A DNA stretch of 64,000 bases from positions 20,351 through 84,350 of the forward strand of contig JAEYOM010000004.1 in the NCBI GenBank assembly GCA_023411715.1. Direction: 5' to 3'. A program made the translations under genes and the position numbers. The notes under the pieces were generated by a model. It was not told the DNA's origin. It ran no database searches and was given only the letters and a program-made list of their open reading frames with translations. Positions 45,925-55,237 of the stretch are shown one piece after another; the stretch's first letter is position 1, and each line of letters begins with the position of its first letter. The DNA is from Bacillota bacterium. Its GTDB lineage: Bacteria; Bacillota; Clostridia; Acetivibrionales; DTU013.

Positions 45925-46060
45925 TAGGCATCGTTAACATATGACTTCCGCTGATCTTTTCCGGAAAACTTCACTAACCAGGCTGCATGGGCGAGTAGCA
46001 TGCGCAGTATGCGACCAGCCCGCTCCATTTTCCGTTAAAGAAGCGGAAGTAATATTTTAG
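45925..46060. repeat. REP-B hairpin element, copy 1, carrying a nested REP-A insertion (45980-46021)
   Basis: taggcatcgttaa...acttccgct...cggaaaa cttcactaacc [42-nt insert] gctccattttccg...agcggaagtaatatttta. Collinear with copy 2 (60416-60510) except for the insert. Confidence 0.9.
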
Positions 46061-47346
46061 TCGAGTCTTATTTGCACGCCTGGCCCCTTATCGATATCTC
46101 CCGGATCGCCCACTCCGCCTGAATCTCTGCCATACGGCTTTTCGCTTATTTCCTCTATTCGGCAGCTCAGAGTGCCATCCGTGACATAAACCCTGAGGCT
46201 GTCGCCGATATTTACGGAATGAATGGATTTCACCAGAGTATCGTCTTTTTCGGCACGTATTATACCATAGCCCCTTGCCAGTGAATTCAGAGGGCTCAGG
46301 GAATCCAACCTTGCCGCCAGCAGCGAGAGCCTGTTCCTGTACTGTATGCTCAATACTGAGAGCGCCTTATGCAGGTAACGTTTCTGAACGTCGAGCAGCA
46401 TGCGCTCCTGGTATATCTTGTTGTAGGGCTGTCTGAACGCGACGCTTTCTCCAAGCCTCTTCAAAGTGAGCCTTTCCATTGAGGTCTTTTTAACAATTGC
46501 ATTACGCAGGCGCATTTTAAGGCTATCCAGCCTGTTCTCGACCACTGATCTTTCCGGCATAACCAGTTCTGCCGCGGCCGAAGGGGTTGATGCCCTGACA
46601 TCGGCCACAAAATCGGATATTGTGAAATCCGTTTCATGCCCGACAGCCGAAATCACCGGTATGCGGGATTGATATATGCTCCTTGCGACAACTTCCTCGT
46701 TGAAGGCCCAGAGCTCCTCAAGTGATCCTCCGCCCCTCGCAACGATGATGACGTCGACATTGTCAAGTTCGTTGAGCCGGCGCACCGCCCCGGCTATCTG
46801 CCCCGAGGCCGCCTCACCCTGCACCTGTACGGGATATACCTTTATATTTACATTGTAGAATCTTCTGCTGAGGATGTTGATTATATCGCGTACAACGGCG
46901 CCCGTTGAAGATGTGACAACTCCGATCGAACCCGGCAAATAAGGGAGCTTCCTTTTTCTCGCTTCATCAAAAAGCCCTTCTGCCGAAAGTTTTTGCTTAA
47001 GCTTCTCGAAAGCTACATATAGCGCGCCGACACCGTCAGGCTGTATCTCTTCAGCATATAGCTGATATTGCCCATCGCGTTCAAATACGGAAATATACCC
47101 GCGTACCAGTACTTTCATTCCGTCCTCGGGTTCGAACACTACAGAGGCCGCATGCGATCGGAACATTACGCATTTTAGAACGGATTTTTCATCTTTGATG
47201 GTAAAATAGAAATGACCTGAATAGTGGCTTTTAAAATTGGATATCTCACCCTTCACCCAGATGCCTGAGAGTATGATATCCCTTGAAATCAGGTCTTTGA
47301 TATATTTATTCAACTCCGAGACCGTCAAAACGTTATTTGTTGGCAT
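46057..47346 (-). CDS. xseA: Exodeoxyribonuclease VII large subunit
   Basis: 429 aa. OB-fold N-terminus (VSELNKYIKDLISRD...WVKGEISNFKSHYSGHFYFTIKDE) and GRGGGS-like ARGGGSLEELWAFN. Confidence 0.95.
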   Translation of the reverse strand: MPTNNVLTVSELNKYIKDLISRDIILSGIWVKGEISNFKSHYSGHFYFTIKDEKSVLKCVMFRSHAASVVFEPEDGMKVLVRGYISVFERDGQYQLYAEEIQPDGVGALYVAFEKLKQKLSAEGLFDEARKRKLPYLPGSIGVVTSSTGAVVRDIINILSRRFYNVNIKVYPVQVQGEAASGQIAGAVRRLNELDNVDVIIVARGGGSLEELWAFNEEVVARSIYQSRIPVISAVGHETDFTISDFVADVRASTPSAAAELVMPERSVVENRLDSLKMRLRNAIVKKTSMERLTLKRLGESVAFRQPYNKIYQERMLLDVQKRYLHKALSVLSIQYRNRLSLLAARLDSLSPLNSLARGYGIIRAEKDDTLVKSIHSVNIGDSLRVYVTDGTLSCRIEEISEKPYGRDSGGVGDPGDIDKGPGVQIRLD

Positions 47347-47351
47347 AATGT

Positions 47352-47780
47352 TCAGATGCCGCCTGACTGCTCGCCGGCAGGAGCATTTTTATCGGATATG
47401 TTGCTGAGTATCCCGTTTACAAACGAGCCCGCATCCTCACTACTGTACTTCTTGGCAAGTTCAACCGCTTCGTTTACAGAGACGCTGTAAGGAATGTCTT
47501 CCCTGAAGGCAATTTCATATATGCTGAGCCTCATTATCGACAGGTCGATCCTTGATATCCTGCTTATCTTCCAGCCCTTGGAATGGGCTTCTATCATGTT
47601 GTTTATATAATCAAAATGGCTGTATACGCCATCGACCACATCGTTTATGTAAGTCCTGTCCTTTTCGGAGATCGTATTTTCCTCGAAGAACAAATTCTTC
47701 TGAGATTCCCTGTCGTCTTTCTGGAATTCCATCTGGTACAGGAGCTTCATCGCCAATTCCCTGGAGACTCTTCGTCCCAT
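47352..47780 (-). CDS. nusB: Transcription antitermination factor NusB
   Basis: MGRRVSRELAMKLLYQMEF...VNEAVELAKKYSSEDAGSFVNGIL. Confidence 0.95.
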   Translation of the reverse strand: MGRRVSRELAMKLLYQMEFQKDDRESQKNLFFEENTISEKDRTYINDVVDGVYSHFDYINNMIEAHSKGWKISRISRIDLSIMRLSIYEIAFREDIPYSVSVNEAVELAKKYSSEDAGSFVNGILSNISDKNAPAGEQSGGI

Positions 47781-47808
47781 GTGTTATCCTCCCGATTCTT
47801 ACCTTCCG

Positions 47809-48048
47809 CTACCTGTATGTGCCCGGCGGCAATACCCTGTCAAGAAGGTTCTTTATATAGTCCTTGTCGTCATGTATTCTTTTCCCAATATAATAACCTA
47901 CCCCGGTCAATAATGCAATAAAAAGGACTCTCCAAAATCCGAGTATCAGTATTAAAACAGCGGTCAAAAAGCCGATCGCCGCTCCATTGATCGCGCCACG
48001 GTTTGAATTGTAGAATTCCAGGATTTTTTCAAGGCTCATTATTGACAC
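47809..48048 (-). CDS. Small membrane protein (DUF2273-like) of the asp23 cluster
   Basis: 79 aa, two TM helices. Sits downstream of the amaP-like gene. Confidence 0.6.
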   Translation of the reverse strand: MSIMSLEKILEFYNSNRGAINGAAIGFLTAVLILILGFWRVLFIALLTGVGYYIGKRIHDDKDYIKNLLDRVLPPGTYR

Positions 48049-48051
48049 CTC

Positions 48052-48612
48052 CTATTCGACTCTTGCTTTAAATGTGACGCCTGTGTATATACTGTCCACG
48101 ATCACTTTTACGTTCTTGACCTCTATCCCGGAAGCTTCCTCTACAGATTTTTTGACCCTGTTCTGTACCTCTTCCGAAATCACCGGGATACTGAGATCGG
48201 GCATTACTACTATCCGGACCTCTATTTCCACGCCGTCGTCGGCTTTCCTGACGAGCGTCTTCGATTCCCTGACCCCGTTGGATCTCTTTGAGGCGTTGAT
48301 CGCGACATTTTCAATAGAGTTCAGCGATATCCTGATTTCCCCGATATTAGTTTGTTTACTTACAGCTTTTTTATCCTTGTTGCTTCTGACGCCTGAAAGC
48401 AGGAACATTATGCTCATTGCGAAGAAGATCAATCCGATTGTGAATATGATAACTCTCAGTGTTGTCCCGATATCTGACGAGATAGCACTTGTTACCAGGC
48501 CCGTAATGTCGTCGAACGCCTTTGGGACAAACGCTATGTACATCACGAACACGGACAGCACCGCAAGACAAAAAGCATACACAGCCAGCAAAACTCTAAA
48601 AAAGATATTCAT
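48052..48612 (-). CDS. amaP: Alkaline-shock-response membrane anchor protein (AmaP-like)
   Basis: 186 aa. Two N-terminal TM helices and a C-terminal Asp23-like beta region. Adjacent to asp23. Confidence 0.6.
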   Translation of the reverse strand: MNIFFRVLLAVYAFCLAVLSVFVMYIAFVPKAFDDITGLVTSAISSDIGTTLRVIIFTIGLIFFAMSIMFLLSGVRSNKDKKAVSKQTNIGEIRISLNSIENVAINASKRSNGVRESKTLVRKADDGVEIEVRIVVMPDLSIPVISEEVQNRVKKSVEEASGIEVKNVKVIVDSIYTGVTFKARVE

Positions 48613-48692
48613 GCCATACCACCTCTCCGGTCACCATTTTCCTTGGTTTATCCTACGCTTTTTGATGGATATCTTAATTATATTGTATTTAC

Positions 48693-48721
48693 CAAAAAAA
48701 ATAAACCCTTCCGGGTTTATT
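48693..48721 (-). terminator. Strong intrinsic terminator after asp23
   Basis: Minus strand AUAAACCC-GGAA-GGGUUUAU followed by UUUUUUUU. Confidence 0.8.
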
Positions 48722-48734
48722 AATAAATACGTAT

Positions 48735-49139
48735 TTACTTAATTTTTGTCTGTTCCTCAGGCAGTTCCTTCTTATGATCTCTTTCAATATTGACGCCCTG
48801 TATATGTATATTGACCTCTACTACGTTAAGGCCGGTCATTTCTTCGACAGCATGCTTCACTTTTTCCTGGATGCTCCACGCAACATCAGGTATGCGGTAG
48901 CCGTAATCCACTATAATGTAGAGGTCTATCGCCGCTTCCTTTTCTCCGACTTCAACCTTGACGCCTTTGGAAAGGTTTTTTCTGCCAAGTGCTTCAGCTA
49001 TCCCGCCTGCAATTCCGCCGCTCATGCCTGTGACTCCGGGGACCTCCATCGCCGCAATGCCAGCTATGATTGCAACAACCTCGTCGGTTATTTTTATGGC
49101 GCCTATCTCATTGACCACACTTTGAACGTCTTCTTCCAT
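48735..49139 (-). CDS. Asp23/Gls24-family envelope stress protein
   Basis: Start chosen at MEEDVQS (49139, GGAGG 5 nt upstream). KITDEVVAIIAGIAAMEVPGVTGMSG is family-typical. Confidence 0.85.
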   Translation of the reverse strand: MEEDVQSVVNEIGAIKITDEVVAIIAGIAAMEVPGVTGMSGGIAGGIAEALGRKNLSKGVKVEVGEKEAAIDLYIIVDYGYRIPDVAWSIQEKVKHAVEEMTGLNVVEVNIHIQGVNIERDHKKELPEEQTKIK

Positions 49140-49204
49140 GGCTACCTCCATTGGTACATCTTGCAATACAATCATTATAGCACTTCCTCCGCGTCAAGTA
49201 AATG

Positions 49205-49792
49205 TCAGAACAGCGTCTTTATATGAATATCTCCGACATCTACGTCGCCCTGCCTCGTAACGATATCGGTGATCTGGGCGGTCTGTGAAGAAGTCAGGCT
49301 CGGGGTCTTGATAACGATATCAACGCTGCCGTTGTCGGCGAACAGGACGAATGTTTCGTCAAACCCCATCTTGTTGATCAGAGCCTCGATCCTCATTTCC
49401 TTATCAGAGTTCTCAGTCAGCGTGATGATTTTAGCCTGTGCTTCCGCTTTCATCTCATCACTGGAATTGATATCGTCCGCTATAGCCTTGAGAGATTCGC
49501 TGTTTTCGCTTCTGCTCTGTTCCTTATCCATTTTGGCCTGCACAAAGTAATCATTAGCCATTTTTGAAGCGGTTACATTAAGCTGGGTATTCTCATTTTC
49601 AGCTACATCCTGTCCTGTTCCATCCAGACCTTCGTTGGCGATCTCATTATCTACATAAACCGCCTCACCCAGAGTACCGTCGGTATTGGTCGATGTGCTT
49701 CCCTGTCTGTAGCTGTACTGCAGGTAGCCAGCTACCACTATCATGAGAACCAATGCTAAAATGACTATCTGCTTCCTTTTAAAAACCATCAT
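49205..49792 (-). CDS. spoIIIAH: Stage III sporulation protein AH
   Basis: Start moved to MMVFKRKQIVILALVLMIVVAGYL (49792). C-terminal YscJ/FliF-like region EMRIEALINKMGFDETFVLF. Last gene of the spoIIIA operon. Confidence 0.85.
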   Translation of the reverse strand: MMVFKRKQIVILALVLMIVVAGYLQYSYRQGSTSTNTDGTLGEAVYVDNEIANEGLDGTGQDVAENENTQLNVTASKMANDYFVQAKMDKEQSRSENSESLKAIADDINSSDEMKAEAQAKIITLTENSDKEMRIEALINKMGFDETFVLFADNGSVDIVIKTPSLTSSQTAQITDIVTRQGDVDVGDIHIKTLF

Positions 49793-49902
49793 GACTCTGC
49801 CCCCTTTATAAAACTGCGAACAAGTTTTTTCGTTTTTTGTCCCATTCAATAATTAATATATTCAGGTCGTACAGCGTTTATATCTTTTTTTTGGAAAACC
49901 CT

Positions 49903-50511
49903 TTACTTTTTCCTCTGAACGACTTCGACCCTGTGAGCCGGTATATCAAGCACCACCCTGACGGCGCTGACGATATGTTCCCTGACCGTAACGCTGTCCG
50001 CTCCTTCCGCCACTACCAGGACGCCTTTTACCTCAGGACTCAGCTTTTTGAGGATGACCGGAGTCTTCCCCCCCGTCGGTGAATCCTCGTAAACGAGTGT
50101 ATTCTCACTTTCGTCCTCCGTTATATTCCTGGTACCGCCTTCGCTGTCCTTTTCATCCGTCCTGCTGGTCTTTTTGCTGGTGTCATAGGCAGGTACATTC
50201 TCTCCTGCTGCTGAATATGTGATCATGACATCCACCCTGCCGACTCCCTGTATCTGGGAAAGTAATGTCCTGAGCCTTGTTTCCGTGGCATCGCCGCCCG
50301 AAGTGTTCTGTTTCATCACTTGTTCCTGTTCGGAAGTCTTTTGAGGCTCCTGCTTGGTATCCTGCGTCTTTGCGCCAAACAAAGCCGAGCCTGCAATGAT
50401 CAGGATAATTCCGATAATTATGACAATGGCGGTATTCTCGATCAATTTTTTCTTATCCTGGCCCTGTATGAATTCCTTCACTCTTTTTATAACACTTTTG
50501 AAAATTTCCAC
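49903..50511 (-). CDS. spoIIIAG: Stage III sporulation protein AG
   Basis: 202 aa. TM, then LRTLLSQIQGVGRVDVMITY...PEVKGVLVVAEGADS. Confidence 0.85.
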   Translation of the reverse strand: MEIFKSVIKRVKEFIQGQDKKKLIENTAIVIIIGIILIIAGSALFGAKTQDTKQEPQKTSEQEQVMKQNTSGGDATETRLRTLLSQIQGVGRVDVMITYSAAGENVPAYDTSKKTSRTDEKDSEGGTRNITEDESENTLVYEDSPTGGKTPVILKKLSPEVKGVLVVAEGADSVTVREHIVSAVRVVLDIPAHRVEVVQRKK

Positions 50512-50521
50512 AGTCCCACCT

Positions 50522-51223
50522 CTATACCTGCGAAATTACTATGTTTTGCTTGTCTATGCCAAAGACCCGGCTTATTCGGTCCTCAAGCAGGCCTCTCAGC
50601 TTTGGGTCGCATTTTCCGGCAGCCTGTCCATTTGACGCCGTAGAACCGATTTTCACCGTTTGAACTTTTTCAACAGGAGCTATATCATTTCCTAACCCAC
50701 CCTCTTTCGTACCGGCCGGTCCATCACTTCCTTTGTTCAAGGTTCCCGAAGTGTCCGCGGCATCAAGTCCGCCGCGGTATTTGGTATTGTCTGCAGCAAT
50801 GCTGATGTATGCCCTTTTGATTTCTCCGAAAGCTGCCGACTGGTAGTCTTCATTTATGATGACGTCAGCTTTTGCATCCTTTACGCCGTCGATCTCCTCG
50901 GCGTTCTGCTCGAGCTGGTCTATTATGTTTTTACGGTATACCCCGACGATCTGCTTCAATTGCGCCTGTTCAAGGTTTTTGCCTTCCTTTTGTATCTGTG
51001 CTTTTTCAAGCAGGCTGCTGTTCTTTGTCTGGCTCGCAGTAAAGTCGAATTTCTTCCCGGTCAGACCCGTCAGTGGATTTATGATCACAATGACAAGTAT
51101 CGTTCCGGTAACAAGGTTTATGTATTTTTTCATTTTACCGCCGGGAAGCAGCATTTCTACAATGACAATGAACAGGACCAGCGTTACGATATTTACAACC
51201 CACTGCCTAATAAAATCGAGCAT
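50522..51223 (-). CDS. spoIIIAF: Stage III sporulation protein AF
   Basis: MLDFIRQWVVNIVTLVLFIVIVEMLLPGGKMKKYINLVTG is SpoIIIAF-typical. Confidence 0.85.
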   Translation of the reverse strand: MLDFIRQWVVNIVTLVLFIVIVEMLLPGGKMKKYINLVTGTILVIVIINPLTGLTGKKFDFTASQTKNSSLLEKAQIQKEGKNLEQAQLKQIVGVYRKNIIDQLEQNAEEIDGVKDAKADVIINEDYQSAAFGEIKRAYISIAADNTKYRGGLDAADTSGTLNKGSDGPAGTKEGGLGNDIAPVEKVQTVKIGSTASNGQAAGKCDPKLRGLLEDRISRVFGIDKQNIVISQV

Positions 51224-51235
51224 TGCACATTTCTC

Positions 51236-52555
51236 CTATCTGAGCATCGCGCTTGTATTCCCGGCGCTTACAAGCGCAGTCACTGATATCATGAACATGA
51301 ACGCCACAGCTGCGGTCAATGAAAATATATAAAGCATAGAACCCGCCACATCGTTGATACAGGTCGTTATCCTGCTTTCCGATATCGGTTCGAGCAGCGC
51401 GCTCGCAGCCTTATACAGCGCTACCAGCGCAATGATCTTGATCAACGGGACTATGCATATGAGAAGGATGCCCACCATTGCCGCCACACCGGCCGCGTTT
51501 TTGATCAACAGCGTACAGGCGATAACGGTATCGGCCGCATCCGAAAGTGTTTTCCCGATTACCGGTATGAACGTGCTAATGGCGAACTTGGTCGCTTTCG
51601 TCGTTGCTCCGTCTATTACGGCGCCCAATGTGCCCTGGAGCGTTACGATTATGATAAAAGCTGTGAGTATGATTCCCAGCATCCATTGAACTACAGTCTT
51701 AATAAGGCTTGCGAGTCTGGTGAGCTGAATCTTCTCTGAAATGTTGTTTACTATGTTTATTATTGTAGTCAGAAATATCAGGGGCACGAAAAGGTTCTTT
51801 ATAAGCGTTGCCGTGACCTCCACCACCATGAGGAGCACAGGATGCAGTATACCCCCGGCGGTTATGTTGCCGCCCGAGATTAGCAGGGCCATCAGCACGG
51901 GTATGGTCGCATACATGAAGCCTACCATCCGGTCTATGATCGAAGTACCCATTTTCACGACGGTACCGAAGCTGACAAGCAGTATCGTGACAATAACGAT
52001 ATAGCATACATAGAACGCGATGCGGCTCACATTCTCATTCATAAAATTCGCCTGCAGGTTTTTTAACAGCGAACATATGACTATAAGTATCGCAAGCTTT
52101 AATATGATGCCTAGGTTTTGATACAGTTCTTTAAAGAATAATTCCAGTATGTTGCCGGCTATTCCCTTGATATCGAAACTAAGCTTGCCCTCCGTAATAT
52201 TCTTTATAAGTTCGTCGGGGTCGAAGCCGTCAAGGACGTCAAGATCCTTGCTGTCGGTATATTTTGAGATCACATCCCCGATATCTCCGGTACCGCTCGA
52301 CGAAAGCTGCTGCTTGATCATATCGGATGTAATATCCGAGCCTTCCACTGTACTGTCGTTCCCAATGCCATTTTCAACAGTTGTCCCAATGTCATCGGCC
52401 GAAGTATCACCGACAGTTACATCGATTTTATCGGCCGCATCGGCTCCGGTATTACCCTCTGCCTCAGCAAAGCAGCACTCGGGCAGGATGCCGGACAACA
52501 ATAGGAGGATCAGAAATTGCATTATTACTATTTTAATTTTTCTTCTGCGGATCAT
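51236..52555 (-). CDS. spoIIIAE: Stage III sporulation protein AE
   Basis: Start moved to MIRRRKIKIVIMQ (52555, GGAGG upstream). Signal/TM followed by a polytopic permease-like body. Confidence 0.85.
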   Translation of the reverse strand: MIRRRKIKIVIMQFLILLLLSGILPECCFAEAEGNTGADAADKIDVTVGDTSADDIGTTVENGIGNDSTVEGSDITSDMIKQQLSSSGTGDIGDVISKYTDSKDLDVLDGFDPDELIKNITEGKLSFDIKGIAGNILELFFKELYQNLGIILKLAILIVICSLLKNLQANFMNENVSRIAFYVCYIVIVTILLVSFGTVVKMGTSIIDRMVGFMYATIPVLMALLISGGNITAGGILHPVLLMVVEVTATLIKNLFVPLIFLTTIINIVNNISEKIQLTRLASLIKTVVQWMLGIILTAFIIIVTLQGTLGAVIDGATTKATKFAISTFIPVIGKTLSDAADTVIACTLLIKNAAGVAAMVGILLICIVPLIKIIALVALYKAASALLEPISESRITTCINDVAGSMLYIFSLTAAVAFMFMISVTALVSAGNTSAMLR

Positions 52556-52649
52556 CGGTATTGAACCTCCATATCCTCCGTGTTTTTTCTGCCCAAAACC
52601 ATTCCCGGCAGTCAATTGTTTCAGAATTTCGGCGTGATCTTCAATGGTA

Positions 52650-53039
52650 TCACTGCGGCATGACCTTCAATACCAGGTCTAGCAGGGATGTAATGATCGG
52701 AACTGCCATTACAACTATGATCACTTTTCCTGCCAGTTCAATTTTTGATGCGATGGCGCTTTCCCCCGCGTCATTGCATATCTCCGCCCCAAACTCCGCT
52801 ATGTAGGCTATACCTGTTATCTTCAATACTGTGGAAAAATAGACGGGTTTGATGTCGGCACGGTCGCCATAGCTCTGCAGGAGTTCGACAACCGACGAAA
52901 GCTTCGACGCCAGCAGGAGGAATATCACTACGCCTGTTACTATGCTGACCTGTACCGCCATTTCAGGTTTCTGTTTTTGCAGGATCAATATTATGACGGT
53001 CGACACAAGCCCGATCCCAATGATTTGTACTATCTGCAT
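52650..53039 (-). CDS. spoIIIAD: Stage III sporulation protein AD
   Basis: Start chosen at MQIVQIIGIGLVSTVIILIL (53039). Small polytopic protein. Confidence 0.85.
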   Translation of the reverse strand: MQIVQIIGIGLVSTVIILILQKQKPEMAVQVSIVTGVVIFLLLASKLSSVVELLQSYGDRADIKPVYFSTVLKITGIAYIAEFGAEICNDAGESAIASKIELAGKVIIVVMAVPIITSLLDLVLKVMPQ

Positions 53040-53062
53040 TACAGCCTCACTCCCGGGCTTTA

Positions 53063-53260
53063 TCATTCAAGTTTGAATATGGTTTTCACTGTATCGAAAA
53101 GAACCGCTATCTCTTTTACTACCATAAGCAGGACGACAATAAGGCCTGCAAGAGTCGTCATCATAGCCTGTTCCTCTCTTCCCGAACGTATGAGCAGCTG
53201 ATTTAGCACTGCTACGAGAATACCTATTGCAGCGATCCTGAAAATCAAATCCACACCCAT
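53063..53260 (-). CDS. spoIIIAC: Stage III sporulation protein AC
   Basis: 65 aa: MGVDLIFRIAAIGILVAVLNQLLIRSGREEQAMMTTLAGLIVVL. Confidence 0.85.
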   Translation of the reverse strand: MGVDLIFRIAAIGILVAVLNQLLIRSGREEQAMMTTLAGLIVVLLMVVKEIAVLFDTVKTIFKLE

Positions 53261-53296
53261 AGAATGGTCAACCCCTTTTAAAGTAATTGCGTTCCG

Positions 53297-53374
53297 GTGT
53301 TTTGTAACACTCCATTTCTATTTGCATTTAGAGTGTTACAAAGACACTTTACCGACAATTGACCCTGTCAATTG
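53297..53374 (-). promoter_or_regulatory. Two strong hairpins in the spoIIIAB-spoIIIAC gap (function unknown)
   Basis: gtgttttgtaacactc (53297-53312) pairs with gagtgttacaaagacac (53331-53347), and caattgac (53356-53363) pairs with gtcaattg (53367-53374). Confidence 0.5.
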
Positions 53375-53444
53375 CGGTTACCTGATTATTGCGGTCTGCA
53401 TACCCGCGTTTTTTTCTGTTACAGTCCACTAATTGCTCACCCTT

Positions 53445-53972
53445 TTACAGCAGGACTATCACTACGGCGATCCCGCCAAGTACGCCGAGGCTTTTATACA
53501 TCGTTTCATTTTTATTTCTGCTCTCTTCAGCCTTTTTCTCCTGCATCCGGAGCGCTTCCATCGCAAGCCTGATGTTTTTGATCTGGCCGTCAAGATCTGT
53601 ACTGCCAAGCATCTTGCCGAATTCCACGAGTACTTGCTCGTCTTCCCTGTCGAGCGCCGTCCGGCGTATACATTGTCTAACAGCCTGTTCCCAGGCATTT
53701 TTCGCACTTTGAGCACCATTGTCCCTGAGTATCTCCGCCGCCCTGCCGAATATCAATCCTGTCTCGCTGTTTCCAACCCTGCTTACCCTTTCAAAAGCTT
53801 CGATCAGCACATCCGACAGATAACTTATCTGGTTCTCAAACATCTGAAGCAGCGTTTGCAGCTCCCTCAACTGCTGAGGCCTCCTGCTGCAGTCCCTTGA
53901 GAGTATGAAACCCAGGAAACTGCATGAAAGAATTACAATAAGGCTGCCAACTATTTTAAAAAGCATTTGCAC
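53445..53972 (-). CDS. spoIIIAB: Stage III sporulation protein AB
   Basis: 175 aa. N-terminal TM, then LRELQTLLQMFENQISY... Confidence 0.85.
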   Translation of the reverse strand: MQMLFKIVGSLIVILSCSFLGFILSRDCSRRPQQLRELQTLLQMFENQISYLSDVLIEAFERVSRVGNSETGLIFGRAAEILRDNGAQSAKNAWEQAVRQCIRRTALDREDEQVLVEFGKMLGSTDLDGQIKNIRLAMEALRMQEKKAEESRNKNETMYKSLGVLGGIAVVIVLL

Positions 53973-54978
53973 CAGCTCCTGTTATTGGTTTCATCGTGCT
54001 GCCATCGACCACCTCGACAAGTGTTCCCGGACCGTTTCTGTTCCCCAGGACTACATACCTTTCAAACACCTTCTCTTCGATGAGTTTCAGGACCTCCCGG
54101 CGGCTTTTCAATTCCGAGATATTGTATCCGTGCGCCGATGTAACGATCCTTACACCGGCGTTCAGAACACATTGGACCGCCTCCCTGTCGCCGTCGTTTC
54201 CTATCTCGTCCGTTACGATCACTGCGGGCGACATTGACCGGATCATCATTGGCATGCCTATATTTTTCGGACATCCGTCCAGCACGTCTGTCCTTATACC
54301 GACGTCGTTCTGCGGGATACCCTTCATGCATGCCGCGAGCTCCGATCTTTCATCTATGATGCCGACCTTCACGCCTTTAAAGCCGTATTCGGATGCACCG
54401 TTGCTCAGAGTCTTTGCTATGTCCCTGAGTATCGTCGTTTTTCCGCATTGCGGGGGCGATATTATCAAAGTGTTGTATATATCCGAACTGTTCCTGAAAA
54501 GATACGCGAGCAGTTTGGAAGAACAGCCTGGTATCTGGTTTGACAGCCTTATGTTAAGGCCTGATATATCCTTGATGTTCCGGACTGCGCCGCCTTCCAG
54601 TATCACTCTGCCCGACAGGCCGACGCGGTGTCCTCCCTTTATCGTTATATAGCCATTCCTGATCTCATCCTGGTATGCGTATATGGAGTTCTCACTCATC
54701 ATTTCCAGGGACTGCCTGATATCTTCCTGCGAAACGAGGAAACTTCCCGAAGGTTTGGACGATAACAGTCCGTCGGCGCCGATGAACCATTCCTTGTAAT
54801 AATTTTGAAGTATCAGAGGTTTGTCCGCCCTGAGGCGTATTTCTTCCAGCGGCTCCAGGCCGTATATAAGCGCGCCCTCTATCGCGGAAGCCACTCTCTT
54901 TGAAATTACCGGCAGGATATATTTTTTGAGACTGCTTGCACTGCTGTTGTTCTGGTTGTTTTCAGCACTGTTCTTCAT
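53956..54978 (-). CDS. spoIIIAA: Stage III sporulation protein AA (secretion-ATPase-like)
   Basis: 340 aa. Walker A SPPQCGKTT and Walker B VIVTDEIG. Confidence 0.9.
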   Translation of the reverse strand: MKNSAENNQNNSSASSLKKYILPVISKRVASAIEGALIYGLEPLEEIRLRADKPLILQNYYKEWFIGADGLLSSKPSGSFLVSQEDIRQSLEMMSENSIYAYQDEIRNGYITIKGGHRVGLSGRVILEGGAVRNIKDISGLNIRLSNQIPGCSSKLLAYLFRNSSDIYNTLIISPPQCGKTTILRDIAKTLSNGASEYGFKGVKVGIIDERSELAACMKGIPQNDVGIRTDVLDGCPKNIGMPMMIRSMSPAVIVTDEIGNDGDREAVQCVLNAGVRIVTSAHGYNISELKSRREVLKLIEEKVFERYVVLGNRNGPGTLVEVVDGSTMKPITGAGANAF

Positions 54979-55117
54979 CAGTTTTCTACCTTCTTTTTCG
55001 CCTCACAATTTACGTGTCCCCATTTTTACTTTGATGCCTTAACTATAATTATTTGGCTTTGTCCAAATTTATGACTGGCAAAAAAATTTCCTGATTTTAA
55101 AATTATTATAAAAAGTA

Positions 55118-55148
55118 TTGACCCTGACACAATGTCATAGTGTAACAT
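55118..55148 (+). promoter_or_regulatory. MerR-type promoter with a 19-bp spacer and palindromic operator
   Basis: TTGACC-19 nt-TAACAT. The region carries ACACAATGTCATAGTGT, a 17-nt palindrome with 7 of 8 arm pairs, spanning the spacer and the first nt of the -10 box. Confidence 0.6.
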
Positions 55149-55237
55149 GATGATAAAGATAGATAATATTTGAAAACTTCATAGCCGGCAGAGTAACATT
55201 CAGAATTAAAAAGCTCCCGGCAGGCCAGGAGGTATGG

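Noticed and set aside
54979-55117. Sigma-E type promoter for spoIIIAA.
   Set aside because: I could not find a convincing ATATT-N16-17-CATACA-type pair, only weak AT-rich resemblances, so no feature was called.
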